DNA of 32,141 nucleotides, from sequence record SRR20825019_1739, one strand, 5' to 3'. Shown here in pieces: positions 1 to 9,102 of the stretch. Below the pieces are notes generated by a model. The model did no database searches and was not told where the DNA came from. It saw only the letters and a list, made by a program, of their open reading frames with translations. A program made the translations under genes and the position numbers. Every line of letters begins with the position of its first letter. Positions within the stretch are counted from its first letter, which is position 1.

Positions 1-1235
1 GCGCCGTCCACCATCATGCCGATGCCGATAGCCAGCCCCCCCAGACTCATCAGGTTGGCCGACAGGCCCGACATGCGCATAGCAATGAACGCAAAGAGTA
101 CAGACAACGGCAACGTCGCCACCACGATCAGTGTGGAACGAATATTTCCTAGGAACAGATAGAGAAAAACCAGCACCAGAACCGAGCCTTCAAGCAGCGC
201 TTTCTCGACAGTGCCTATAGCCTTGCCCACCAAGTCTGCCTGAGAGTAGTACGCTTCTATTTTCAGCCCTTCGGGAAGTGACTTGTTCAGATCATCGATT
301 TTTGCATTGACGTCCTCAAGTACCTGACTGGTGTTGGTCCCGATCAACTTCATCACGTAGCCGCCCACGGATTCCTCACCTGAGGACACCTCTGCGCCAC
401 GACGAATTGCCGGTCCAAGGCCAACCTCCGCCACATCCTTGACGTAAATAGGAGATTCTCCCTCACTTTTGGACACAATGATGTTCCGGATATCTTTGAT
501 GCCTGCGTTACCGGAGTTGACCCAGCCGTAACCGCGGACAATGTACTCTTCACCTCCGCGAGTAATGAATGAGGCGCCGACGTTACGATTATTCTGGGTG
601 AGGGCGCCGCGAACATCAGACACCGTCAGGTTCCTTGCCTGAAGCTTCTGCGCATCAATATTGACCTGGTACTGCTTTACCTCGCCGCCGATAGAAAGCA
701 CACCGGTTACGCCCGGCACGGTCCTGAGCTGGGGTTTGACAATCCAGTCCTGAATCGTGCGAATTTCCTGCAGGCTGTATTGCTCTTTATCCTCAGCTTC
801 CAGGGAATACATCAGGATGCGCCCAAGACCGCTTGCGATGGGCCCGAGTTCAGGTTCCCCCATCCCTTCGGGAATCTGGCGCTTGGCCTCGGATAGCCGT
901 TCGTTAACTAGCCGCCTGGCGAAGTAGATATCGGTGCCATCTTCGAAATAGATGGTCACCCGCGAAAGTCCGAAAATCGACGTGCTCTGCACTTTTTCTA
1001 ACTTGGGAATACCATACATGCTGATCTCAACGGGATAGGAAATCAGCGTTTCGATATCAACCGGCGACAATCCAGGACTGGTAGTGAATACCTGAACCAT
1101 GGTCGGTGTCGCGTCCGGAAACGCATCCACCGGCAGTTTTTGAAATGAAAATACGCCGGCAACGATCACGGCGATAGCAAAGACAAGCGTCATCAGACGA
1201 TTGTTCAGCGCATAATTCACAATTGCGTTGATCAT
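1..1235 (-). CDS. czcA: CusA/CzcA-family heavy-metal efflux RND transporter, N-terminal part (runs off the window's left edge)
   Basis: Hand translation from ATG at 1235: MINAIVNYALNNRLMTLVFAIAVIVAGVFSFQKLPVDAFPDATPTMVQV. At the window edge the same frame reads TM4 ANLMSLGGLAIGIGMMVDG. GGGGAG RBS; lies downstream of the MFP and OMF genes. Absent from the ORF track, presumably because there is no stop in the window. Confidence 0.92.
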   Translation of the reverse strand, partial: MINAIVNYALNNRLMTLVFAIAVIVAGVFSFQKLPVDAFPDATPTMVQVFTTSPGLSPVDIETLISYPVEISMYGIPKLEKVQSTSIFGLSRVTIYFEDGTDIYFARRLVNERLSEAKRQIPEGMGEPELGPIASGLGRILMYSLEAEDKEQYSLQEIRTIQDWIVKPQLRTVPGVTGVLSIGGEVKQYQVNIDAQKLQARNLTVSDVRGALTQNNRNVGASFITRGGEEYIVRGYGWVNSGNAGIKDIRNIIVSKSEGESPIYVKDVAEVGLGPAIRRGAEVSSGEESVGGYVMKLIGTNTSQVLEDVNAKIDDLNKSLPEGLKIEAYYSQADLVGKAIGTVEKALLEGSVLVLVFLYLFLGNIRSTLIVVATLPLSVLFAFIAMRMSGLSANLMSLGGLAIGIGMMVDG

Positions 1236-1249
1236 GCTCCCCCCGAGTA

Positions 1250-2434
1250 TTAGTGTCCGTGAGCGGCGCTGCGGCCACTGGCGGTAATGGCCGACATCAG
1301 ATCAAAAGCGCCCACTGAGACCACTTCCGTGTTTGCGCTGATGCCGGACTTAATTTCTATCCAGTCGTTAGCCTCCTTGCCAAGAGTGACTGGAACCGCC
1401 TTGTAGGCTCCCCCTTCATTACCCGGAACAAATACAACGGACTCGTCATCGATGGTTTGCACGGCATCGTGTGGAACTAGGGGCAGTGATGCCGCCGATT
1501 GAGTCATGACTCTCGCTTTGGCATAGGTATTTGGACGAAGGTCGCCGTTGGGGGATTCGAGTACAACGCGAACCGGAATGGTGCGGGTTTCCTCATCAAG
1601 CTCATTTGAGATCCAGGACACTTCCCCGGTGTGAAAGCGGTCTGCAACCGACTTTGAGAAGACCTGAACTTCATCTCCGACGGATACCCTGCCAATGTCA
1701 GTTTCGGCAACTTGCAACATCACCCACACCACAGAGGTATCAGCTACGGTAAAAGGCGTATCTGAAGAGCTTAAGGTTTGGCCCAACCGGGCATCCATGC
1801 GCTCAATGCGACCTTGGATAGGAGAACGGAGCTCGTACTGTGCGAGACTGCTATCTGCGCCTGACGAATCACTGCCAAAAACCGCCAGTTGCTCACGAAT
1901 CGAATCGTACTCCGCTGTAATCTCAAGATAAGCGGCCTTGGCGTCCAAGAACTCTTCTTCGCTGGTGAAGCTTTCACTCCGCAATTGCTTTTCTCGCTGA
2001 TACTCCGCAGTCGCGGCTTCTTTCCGAGCTTTCAACGAGTTCAGGCGGGAACGAATGCGGGCCAACTCAACGCTGTTCAACGCGGCCAACAACTGGCCTT
2101 TTTCAACCTGGTCCCCCAGATCAACAGCCAGTCTCGTAAGCTTTCCCTGCAATAGCGGCCCTACCTCAGCGACGCGATCCGGAACATAGCGAACTTCAGC
2201 TGGCGCAGTAACGATATTGTCAGCACGGCCTCGGGGCACCGTTACAGTCTGCACGGAGAGCAACTCCCTCTGCTCTGGGGTCAGATGAACTTCGCGGGCC
2301 TCACTGCCTTCAGACGCGTGCCCGGCCTCTCCCTTTTGGTGCTGCCCTCCTTCGGCTTCTTCGGCGCCGTACGCCAGTGGCTGATAGACCAGAAAACTGA
2401 TCGCGACAAACAATATCTGCATATTTCGAATCAT
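1250..2434 (-). CDS. czcB: CzcB-like RND periplasmic adaptor (membrane fusion protein)
   Basis: Signal peptide, His-containing N-terminal linker, lipoyl/alpha-hairpin pattern (GDQVEKGQLLA, ELRSPIQG, LDEETRT, LRPN); sits between OMF and RND genes. Confidence 0.9.
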   Translation of the reverse strand: MIRNMQILFVAISFLVYQPLAYGAEEAEGGQHQKGEAGHASEGSEAREVHLTPEQRELLSVQTVTVPRGRADNIVTAPAEVRYVPDRVAEVGPLLQGKLTRLAVDLGDQVEKGQLLAALNSVELARIRSRLNSLKARKEAATAEYQREKQLRSESFTSEEEFLDAKAAYLEITAEYDSIREQLAVFGSDSSGADSSLAQYELRSPIQGRIERMDARLGQTLSSSDTPFTVADTSVVWVMLQVAETDIGRVSVGDEVQVFSKSVADRFHTGEVSWISNELDEETRTIPVRVVLESPNGDLRPNTYAKARVMTQSAASLPLVPHDAVQTIDDESVVFVPGNEGGAYKAVPVTLGKEANDWIEIKSGISANTEVVSVGAFDLMSAITASGRSAAHGH

Positions 2435-2483
2435 CTAAACACCTTCGACGTAAAAGAATCTTCAACCATTAATTTTCTTGTCA

Positions 2484-3785
2484 TCAGGAACCGGATGACA
2501 TTGAAAGGGCACCACCGGTGCTCACTTCCAAGGCCCGGACGGCGTCGATATAGTCGTGTTGCACTTGGACGTATTCCTGCCTCACCGATAAAAGATTGTC
2601 CTGGGCGGCCAGGACATCGGAAGCATCGACTTTTCCCGCTTGAAGGGCTTTCTGCATCAGTTCCAGCGTTTCCTCCGAACGCTCGAGAATCGACTCGTTC
2701 ATCTGGCGCAATCTGTGCGCGGCGGATTCGTACTGGGCCACAGCGGATACGACCTGGCGCTCAGTCGCCAAACGCAGCGCCTCAGCCTCAAGCTCGGAGA
2801 TTCTTAACTGAGCCGAAGCCTCCCTTTTTTCACCGGAGTAATCATGAAACACGGTCAGAGGCATCGACACACCTGCACCAAAAAGGTTGGATCTTTCCTC
2901 CCGCTCGTAGAATCCGAACACTTTCAGGTTCGGAGTCGTTAGACTCTTGGCCAGTTTCAAACTGGACTCATTCGCAGCAATTCTGGCGGCTGCCGCTTTC
3001 AGATCCCCTCTCTGGCGCTGAGCCGTCGCGACAAGCCGATTAGTTGGTGGCAAGTTGGCACGAGCTACATTAAGTTCTCCCGCGACCCCTACCGCATCGG
3101 AGGGGGACACCCCAAGAACTTCCGTCAGGTCAATTTTTGACTGCCTAAGCTTTTGCGCCGCTTCGGCCTTTTGGTTCTTAGCTCTTGCCAAGCCAATGAC
3201 GGCGGTATTGAGCTCAATCCTGGTCTGCTTGCCCCGCTCAACGGACACCTCAACCAGCTCTTTGGTTCGCTGCATCAGCTCAACGGTGCGGGTTGCGGTT
3301 TCCAGCTCTTTCTGAGCAAGCAGTATCTTGAAGTAGGCTGACCGCACTCGGGCCTTGGTCGCCACCTTCAGGTATTCAAGTTCCTGCTGTTGAGAAGTGA
3401 GAGTGCTCTGAGCACGCGACTGACCGAGATCGCCCCGATTGCCCATCCAGACTTCCTGAGTAACCCGAACCTCGTAATTCAGTGACTGATCCGCCTGATC
3501 TGGATTGTCACGGCCACTCAGCTCAAGCTCGGGGTTGCTGGGCGCCCAGCGGCTGGCATGATCGAGCTCAGCCTCTTGCATGGACACCGCAGCCCTCCTC
3601 AAAGCCAACACCGGGCTATTCTCAAATGCCATTACCATTGCCTCTCTCAAGGAGACAGCCTGGCTGGCCTTGGCTCGTTGGTACTCCTTGAGTGAAACGC
3701 TCTCCCCGGCCGTGGCCGCCGCCGAAGGCATGACGTTCAAGACTCCGGGTACTATCAGCACCCACAACAACAGTCGTTTGTTCAT
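2484..3785 (-). CDS. czcC: CzcC/TolC-family outer membrane efflux protein
   Basis: Signal peptide and OEP-like helical repeats (AFENSP, PSNPELEL, AQRQRGDL, GVSMPL); first gene of a C-B-A operon. Confidence 0.88.
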   Translation of the reverse strand: MNKRLLLWVLIVPGVLNVMPSAAATAGESVSLKEYQRAKASQAVSLREAMVMAFENSPVLALRRAAVSMQEAELDHASRWAPSNPELELSGRDNPDQADQSLNYEVRVTQEVWMGNRGDLGQSRAQSTLTSQQQELEYLKVATKARVRSAYFKILLAQKELETATRTVELMQRTKELVEVSVERGKQTRIELNTAVIGLARAKNQKAEAAQKLRQSKIDLTEVLGVSPSDAVGVAGELNVARANLPPTNRLVATAQRQRGDLKAAAARIAANESSLKLAKSLTTPNLKVFGFYEREERSNLFGAGVSMPLTVFHDYSGEKREASAQLRISELEAEALRLATERQVVSAVAQYESAAHRLRQMNESILERSEETLELMQKALQAGKVDASDVLAAQDNLLSVRQEYVQVQHDYIDAVRALEVSTGGALSMSSGS

Positions 3786-3862
3786 TCAATATCATCCTGG
3801 CTATTTGACTGAGATACATGAATCAGCGTTTTCGCCGTAAATGCCAGGACGACCCTACAGAC

Positions 3863-3883
3863 AGACCTTTAAATCAGTCTGAA
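3863..3883 (-). promoter_or_regulatory. Direct-repeat regulator box (weaker copy) upstream of czcC
   Basis: Minus strand TTCAGACTGATTTAAAGGTCT, 13/20 to the local consensus; -10-like TAGGGT follows after 5 nt. Confidence 0.5.
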
Positions 3884-4010
3884 TTCGGCGCCATCAAACC
3901 TAAACTCGTACGGAGTTCAACGAAACTATGGCGGGGTATACGCCAAAAAGAGGTGAAAGAAAGAGACAAAAGAGGAGGGCATCGTCCAGCGCATGGGAGG
4001 GAGCGCAGAT

Positions 4011-4042
4011 AAAAAACGACGGGCCTATTTCAGCCCGTCGTT
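4011..4042 (-). terminator. Intrinsic terminator of the DcaP-like porin gene
   Basis: Stem AACGACGGGC/GCCCGTCGTT with 8-nt loop, then a T run on the minus strand, about 33 nt past the stop codon. Confidence 0.8.
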
Positions 4043-4075
4043 GGGTCCAATTATGTGAAGCAACACTATGAACGA

Positions 4076-5329
4076 TTAAAAATCGAACTGCGCAGCCAGT
4101 TGCAGGCGAGTGTTATCAGCAGATTCGCCATTGGCCAACTCTTTGTCTGCGAAGGAAAGCTCCAATCCCAGCGTTACCGGGTCAGCAACTTTGTAGAAGT
4201 TGCTGAAGTGAACGCTTTGCAGGGTTTCAAAGGAGTTTGGGAACAGATCTGCTGGCTGATCGCCCTCTACCCGCCCATAGGACAGACCAGAGGAGAACTT
4301 CGGCGTCCACTGCTGACTGATAGCAACGTTGGCACCGTATGCCTCAATGGTTTCAAGATCGCCGTTGGCGTCGATGTATGCTTCACCAATACCAGTGCGG
4401 CCAGCGCTGCTGTCGTTATTGCTGAAGGAACTGTAGATGTAACGACCCACGCCGTCACCAAAGATCGCCCCTGCCATGACCGTGGTGGCGTCGGTCAGGT
4501 TTAGCCGACCAGCGATCAAAACGCCATAACCAAAGGCGTTATCGTCGCCCGTAGCAGCTGCAGAGTCAGTCTGAAGCGAACGTGCCAGACCGGCAACTTC
4601 AATGCCACCAGCACTGCCGGCCCACTTGTACTTGGCAGTCAGATCCGGCGCATTATCGCGGGAGCCGTCAAAACCCGTTGTTTCCGGATTCTCAGCAGAA
4701 ACGGAAAAATTAGCACCGCCGCCAAGAGGCATGGTGTAGCGCAACTGTGCCTGACGAATAAAAGAAACACCTACTGGACCGTCGAAATCAACCGTGGACG
4801 GATAGGCGGTAAATTGCATGAAGTTACTCCAGGTTTGACCGGCGAGCAGGCCGTTCAGCTCACCATAGGCGTGACGAAGACGCAGCCCTCTGGAGTTGGA
4901 GAAAATTTCATTACCGCCACCACCGTAGAAGTCACCTTCAACGGTCGTTTTGACATCACCCACTTCGGTTGGCGTGGTTGTCTTAATCCGAACCCGTGAT
5001 TGTCGAGCATGGGCTCGGAATGAAGGGTCGCTATCGCTATTAGCAGTATCAAGGCCTGCTACGAACAGGCTGTCACCCATGTCCTGATCAAAATCATAGA
5101 TCATGTCCAGCTTGACATAGCCACCGATTGTTACAGTGGTGTTAGTGCCAGGCACCATCCAACCTTCCGACCCCTTACTTTCCGCCATGTCATCCAATTG
5201 GCGCTGCAAATCATTAATCTGTGTCTGAAGTTCAGTTGCAGATTGCGCATGAACAGACGGGGCCAGCAGACCCGTAACCGCAAGCGCTAGTGTTGCTCTC
5301 ATCGCTAACCTGAGTTTATTAGTTTGCAT
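4076..5329 (-). CDS. DcaP-family trimeric outer membrane porin
   Basis: Signal peptide, N-terminal coiled coil (ELQTQINDLQRQLDD), motifs IGGYVKLD, ARQSR, VEGDFYG, LRLRHAYG, LAGQTWSNF, IRQAQLRY, and C-terminal Phe. Confidence 0.85.
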   Translation of the reverse strand: MQTNKLRLAMRATLALAVTGLLAPSVHAQSATELQTQINDLQRQLDDMAESKGSEGWMVPGTNTTVTIGGYVKLDMIYDFDQDMGDSLFVAGLDTANSDSDPSFRAHARQSRVRIKTTTPTEVGDVKTTVEGDFYGGGGNEIFSNSRGLRLRHAYGELNGLLAGQTWSNFMQFTAYPSTVDFDGPVGVSFIRQAQLRYTMPLGGGANFSVSAENPETTGFDGSRDNAPDLTAKYKWAGSAGGIEVAGLARSLQTDSAAATGDDNAFGYGVLIAGRLNLTDATTVMAGAIFGDGVGRYIYSSFSNNDSSAGRTGIGEAYIDANGDLETIEAYGANVAISQQWTPKFSSGLSYGRVEGDQPADLFPNSFETLQSVHFSNFYKVADPVTLGLELSFADKELANGESADNTRLQLAAQFDF

Positions 5330-5489
5330 TGTAAATCAGTCTCCATGAGCTTTCGTTGTATGTCATCTGACCGGTACTTGGCCCTGAACAAACAGACAGC
5401 TAATGCGCTTCAGTTGTCGGCCACTACCGGTAAGTGGTTCATTGATCTCGCACTTTCCGCCAGAACAACGACTCGCCATTGATAGCAGA

Positions 5490-5510
5490 TGAACTTGAAA
5501 CGAAATTGAA
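5490..5510 (-). promoter_or_regulatory. Direct-repeat regulator box upstream of the DcaP-like porin
   Basis: Minus strand TTCAATTTCGTTTCAAGTTCA (18/20); TATCAA follows after 5 nt. Confidence 0.7.
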
Positions 5511-5595
5511 AAAGAGCCCCCTTAATACCTTTGTATTAACGCCCCATCGCAACCGCTCTTATAACTGTGCCCTTTTCATCATCTAATTTTATTTT

Positions 5596-5616
5596 TTCAA
5601 GCTGAGTTAAAGTTCA
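5596..5616 (+). promoter_or_regulatory. Direct-repeat regulator box upstream of the small secreted protein
   Basis: TTCAAGCTGAGTTAAAGTTCA (17/20), 45 nt upstream of ATG 5662. Confidence 0.7.
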
Positions 5617-5661
5617 TCTGTTTCCATCGGGATGCAGACCATTCAACTTAAAGGTGACTCT

Positions 5662-5958
5662 ATGAGAAAACATCTCTTGCTCACATCTCTAGCATTAACC
5701 TTGGCGGCAGGAAGTCTCCATGCCTCTGAGGCCAATGACGGCAGCCTGGCACAAAACATGCTCTCCGAAAGCAGCGTTCAGGACATGAAGAGACAGCATA
5801 GGGTAATGACTCAGGCAGCCTTATCTAAAGTAGGCATGGAAGCTCGCCGAAAATTGATGCAATCGAATAAAGACGACATTTATCACGAGATGATAAAGTC
5901 GGGCGATATTAATCTATCTAAATCAGACCAATTCTCAAAAGATCAGCTTACTCATTAG
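5662..5958 (+). CDS. Small secreted/periplasmic hypothetical protein (98 aa)
   Basis: ATG at 5662 with AAGGTGA RBS; Sec signal peptide MRKHLLLTSLALTLAAGSLHA; Met-rich mature region; terminator downstream. Confidence 0.75.
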   Translation: MRKHLLLTSLALTLAAGSLHASEANDGSLAQNMLSESSVQDMKRQHRVMTQAALSKVGMEARRKLMQSNKDDIYHEMIKSGDINLSKSDQFSKDQLTH

Positions 5959-6063
5959 AAATAATGTCGCACCAATAGCTTTTTCGATTGAATAATAGAA
6001 ACTTGTCGATACACGACATTCTAAAACCAGTTGCATCGTGAATGGTCTCCACCATTCCGTCTT

Positions 6064-6093
6064 GCCGCACTACTTTTGTAGTGCGGCTTTTTT
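6064..6093 (+). terminator. Intrinsic terminator
   Basis: Perfect stem GCCGCACTAC-TTTT-GTAGTGCGGC followed by a T run. Confidence 0.85.
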
Positions 6094-6144
6094 AGGCCTA
6101 GATTTAGTCGATAACAAATTCTAACCACCTGCTTGGCAGACAAC

Positions 6145-7458
6145 ATGCCCAGAAAACAACAACGCCCTTCAATAAAACGGAAACTGCTTACTTTTCTGAC
6201 ACTAACGGGTTTCGCGTGTACCGGGCTAATATTCTTCTCACACACCCTTTTAATCGACTATATCCATGACGAGCTTCACAGGCAGCAGCTAGAGGCTGCA
6301 GCTAACCGACTCTCAAAGATGCTAACAAATGATAAAGAAGAAATTACAAAATCCTCTCTCAGAAATTTTTCATTGTCTCAATATTCTGTTCACATCGAAG
6401 ACAGTCAAGGTCGGAGTTTTACAAGCGAGAACATTAAACCGAAATTACAGGTGGTAGAATCGTTCAAAAAGCCTGGAATTTTTCACATATCGGATGATGA
6501 TCGCTCAATCCTTGGCTACTACAAAATATTTAATAACAGACAAGATAAACTAAGCGTTACTATAATTGAAAAAAGCTCCTACTCCCCAAACACGCTTGAC
6601 AAAATTCACATTCTTATATGGATAATATCTTTTGCAATTCTCGTTACGATATCAATGATCATATTTATTGGGGTAACTATCGCACTAAAACCCTTAAAAA
6701 TGATGAGTTCCCAATTAACGTCGCTTAAAAAGGGTGAGCGTAATAGACTGGATGAGAACGTACCTGAAGAATTCAATGAACTTGTCAAACATCTTAATCG
6801 TCTATTAGAGTCGTACGACAAAAAACTTACCCGTTCACGCCACCTAGCCGCAGATATTTCTCATAGCTTAAAAACCCCCCTTGCCGTCATAAATTCCATG
6901 ATCAATGACGAAGCCATTCCCACCACAATCGCGAGTCAAATTAAGTCTCAACTGTCTGAAATGCACGAGCTGATCGACACTCAAATGAGAAAAACCGAAA
7001 TGTCCGGTCAGTACATTGGAAAGGCGACACCGATCATTGAGAGAACTCTGGCACTGGTGGACGTAGTCAGTCGAATCTATCCTTACAAACAGATCCATCT
7101 TCAAGAAACATTACCCAGAGAGCTTGTCTGGCCAATTGATGAGCGTGATTTTAATGAGATCTTGGGTAATGTGCTTGATAACGCAAGCAAATGGTGCTCT
7201 CAGGAAGTTCATCTACACTTGAAACTTCACGATGACACTTTGACCATTCTTGTTGAAGATGACGGCCCCGGAGTAGCGTCACACCAACTCGCCGATCTTA
7301 CCAGGCGCCAGAAAAGACTGGACGAAAAAACCCCTGGCTATGGCCTTGGCCTATCAATCGTTGAGGAAATCATCAATGACTACGGTGGCGCCATGCATTT
7401 TTCTATATCACCCAAAGGTGGTCTTCGGGTTCTAATCGAGCTTCCCAGAAGCATTTGA
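6145..7458 (+). CDS. Sensor histidine kinase, PhoQ/BqsS(CarS)-like
   Basis: Two TM helices flanking a periplasmic domain, HAMP (PLKMMS...VPEEFNELV), H-box ADISHSLKTPL, N-box GNVLDNASKW, VEDDGPG, GYGLGLSIV. Start may be ATG 6145 or TTG 6133. Confidence 0.9.
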   Translation: MPRKQQRPSIKRKLLTFLTLTGFACTGLIFFSHTLLIDYIHDELHRQQLEAAANRLSKMLTNDKEEITKSSLRNFSLSQYSVHIEDSQGRSFTSENIKPKLQVVESFKKPGIFHISDDDRSILGYYKIFNNRQDKLSVTIIEKSSYSPNTLDKIHILIWIISFAILVTISMIIFIGVTIALKPLKMMSSQLTSLKKGERNRLDENVPEEFNELVKHLNRLLESYDKKLTRSRHLAADISHSLKTPLAVINSMINDEAIPTTIASQIKSQLSEMHELIDTQMRKTEMSGQYIGKATPIIERTLALVDVVSRIYPYKQIHLQETLPRELVWPIDERDFNEILGNVLDNASKWCSQEVHLHLKLHDDTLTILVEDDGPGVASHQLADLTRRQKRLDEKTPGYGLGLSIVEEIINDYGGAMHFSISPKGGLRVLIELPRSI

Positions 7459-7488
7459 CGACTACAAGGGCAACTTATCCAGCTTTAG

Positions 7489-9027
7489 TCAGCGACCAGT
7501 AGGCATAGCAGCCCGATACACCAACGTCTCAACGTCAAAACTGTCACTTTGAACTGAGTTTTCATCCGGCGACATAAAGAATAACTCTGTATTGCCTGAT
7601 ACGGGGGACACCGGAGCCGACGTTAGAAGACTTGTTGACTGCGTTTTAGGAGATTTCCCGGATCTCAGCGTCAACCAATCAACTCGAGTATCATAAACAC
7701 CTATCATATCTTCGGCTGCACTGGATTCCTGTGGAATCCCGATATTAACTGCGTCCCCACCGGAGCGTACGAGCAGGTTCGGCAAAAATAGTGTTTGCCT
7801 CGGACTAAACACCAACTCAGGCGACACGTCGTAAGTCATACTCGTGCCTGACACCCGGTTTCCAATCTCATAGTCCAGATGTGGGCCCTCAGTGCCAGCA
7901 GGGAAAAATGAAACCTTCCCTTGGGAGACGGTCACCATATTCAAAGGTCCCGGTTTGTTCTGAACAACGGCACCGATTACCCGAAACACCGGCGTGTATC
8001 GGCTTAACTTTTCATGATCGGCCTTATCAAGGTCAGGCCCGTTCGGTGAGATTAATATCTCATAAACCTCTGAACCAAACCCCTGCTCTGAGTAGAAAGA
8101 CTGCCCGAGAATAGTTTCCCGGCGACCGTCAGCGTCCAAATCCTGCAATCCCAAAATTAAGGGAATGAAACCGATGGCTTCGGCCTCCCCCTCGGCCAAC
8201 TGGATCAAAGAACTTGAAACACTACGGCCATTCCACTGATTTAAAATGAGGTAATATGAGTTCTCTGAAACGTACCAGTCCATTCGGATAACTTTCTCCC
8301 GACGGGGCACCTCAATGGACGCCAGGCTCTGAACAGCCCCGCTGGAATCAACAAGGAAAAAGCTGAGTTTGTTTCCATGCTCCGCCGCAAAATAGTAATC
8401 GCTGCCAGAACGAAACGCGGACAACGACTTTGCGTTGATGGGCAGTCTGGCAAATGGAGACGCTAAAACCTCCTCCTCAACTGAACCTACCCGACGTTCT
8501 TCATCATCGGTCTGTACGATGCCGACCAACCAGGTGTTATTGTAGGTCGCAACGGCTTGACCTCTCCCGGTAACTTGAAAGCGCACCAATGGCACATCGT
8601 TTGACGCCTCTGGCTCGTCCCGCCACAAAAGATCAGGAAATCGGGCTTTCAACGCCGGCGTTACCGCCCTGGGGTCGCCGGCTCTGTCAGTAAACACCGC
8701 CGGGATACCGTAAAAGCGTTTCGCTACAGCTCCAACGGAGGGCATCGTTCCAAACAGCACTTTCCCTACTGCTTGATCCTTTCCGATACTCTCGATACCG
8801 ATGACTGAAGGATTTTGTTCCGGGATGCCTGCATTATCAGGCTCCCGCAACACAACAAATAAATCACCCACCTCAGCAGTGGCATCGTCAACTGTGAGGG
8901 AAAGCACTTTTTGATCACGATCTACCTGAGTGACCTTTGCCTTTGCGGGATGCTCACGCTCAACCGCCTGTACCGCACCAGCTAGTAGTAGCATCAGGAA
9001 CACAAATACTGCAGAACGAGTCATCAT
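7489..9027 (-). CDS. Secreted hypothetical protein with an FG-GAP/VCBS-like DxDxDG motif
   Basis: 512-aa ORF with signal peptide (LLAGAVQA), beta-rich sequence and the motif DLDADGRRET; directly downstream of the porin at 9101-10507. Confidence 0.7.
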   Translation of the reverse strand: MMTRSAVFVFLMLLLAGAVQAVEREHPAKAKVTQVDRDQKVLSLTVDDATAEVGDLFVVLREPDNAGIPEQNPSVIGIESIGKDQAVGKVLFGTMPSVGAVAKRFYGIPAVFTDRAGDPRAVTPALKARFPDLLWRDEPEASNDVPLVRFQVTGRGQAVATYNNTWLVGIVQTDDEERRVGSVEEEVLASPFARLPINAKSLSAFRSGSDYYFAAEHGNKLSFFLVDSSGAVQSLASIEVPRREKVIRMDWYVSENSYYLILNQWNGRSVSSSLIQLAEGEAEAIGFIPLILGLQDLDADGRRETILGQSFYSEQGFGSEVYEILISPNGPDLDKADHEKLSRYTPVFRVIGAVVQNKPGPLNMVTVSQGKVSFFPAGTEGPHLDYEIGNRVSGTSMTYDVSPELVFSPRQTLFLPNLLVRSGGDAVNIGIPQESSAAEDMIGVYDTRVDWLTLRSGKSPKTQSTSLLTSAPVSPVSGNTELFFMSPDENSVQSDSFDVETLVYRAAMPTGR

Positions 9028-9062
9028 AGGAAAAAGTCACTTAATGCGGATTCATTTCGTAT

Positions 9063-9102
9063 AACAAAAGCGGGGTGGCGCTCCCACCACCCCGCTTTTG
9101 TT
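9063..9102 (-). terminator. Hairpin/terminator between the porin and the downstream secreted protein
   Basis: 16-bp perfect inverted repeat AACAAAAGCGGGGTGG/CCACCCCGCTTTTGTT directly after the porin stop. Confidence 0.7.

Noticed and set aside
2285-3043. 252-aa plus-strand ORF, and other antisense or nested ORFs such as 4055-4504, 13281-13814, 18578-19270 and 25661-26284
   Set aside because: They overlap well-supported genes on the opposite strand or in another frame and show no recognisable motifs; treated as shadow ORFs.
3944-3980. Purine-rich tract upstream of czcC, considered as a riboswitch or czcI-like leader
   Set aside because: No conserved structure or credible ORF could be recognised.
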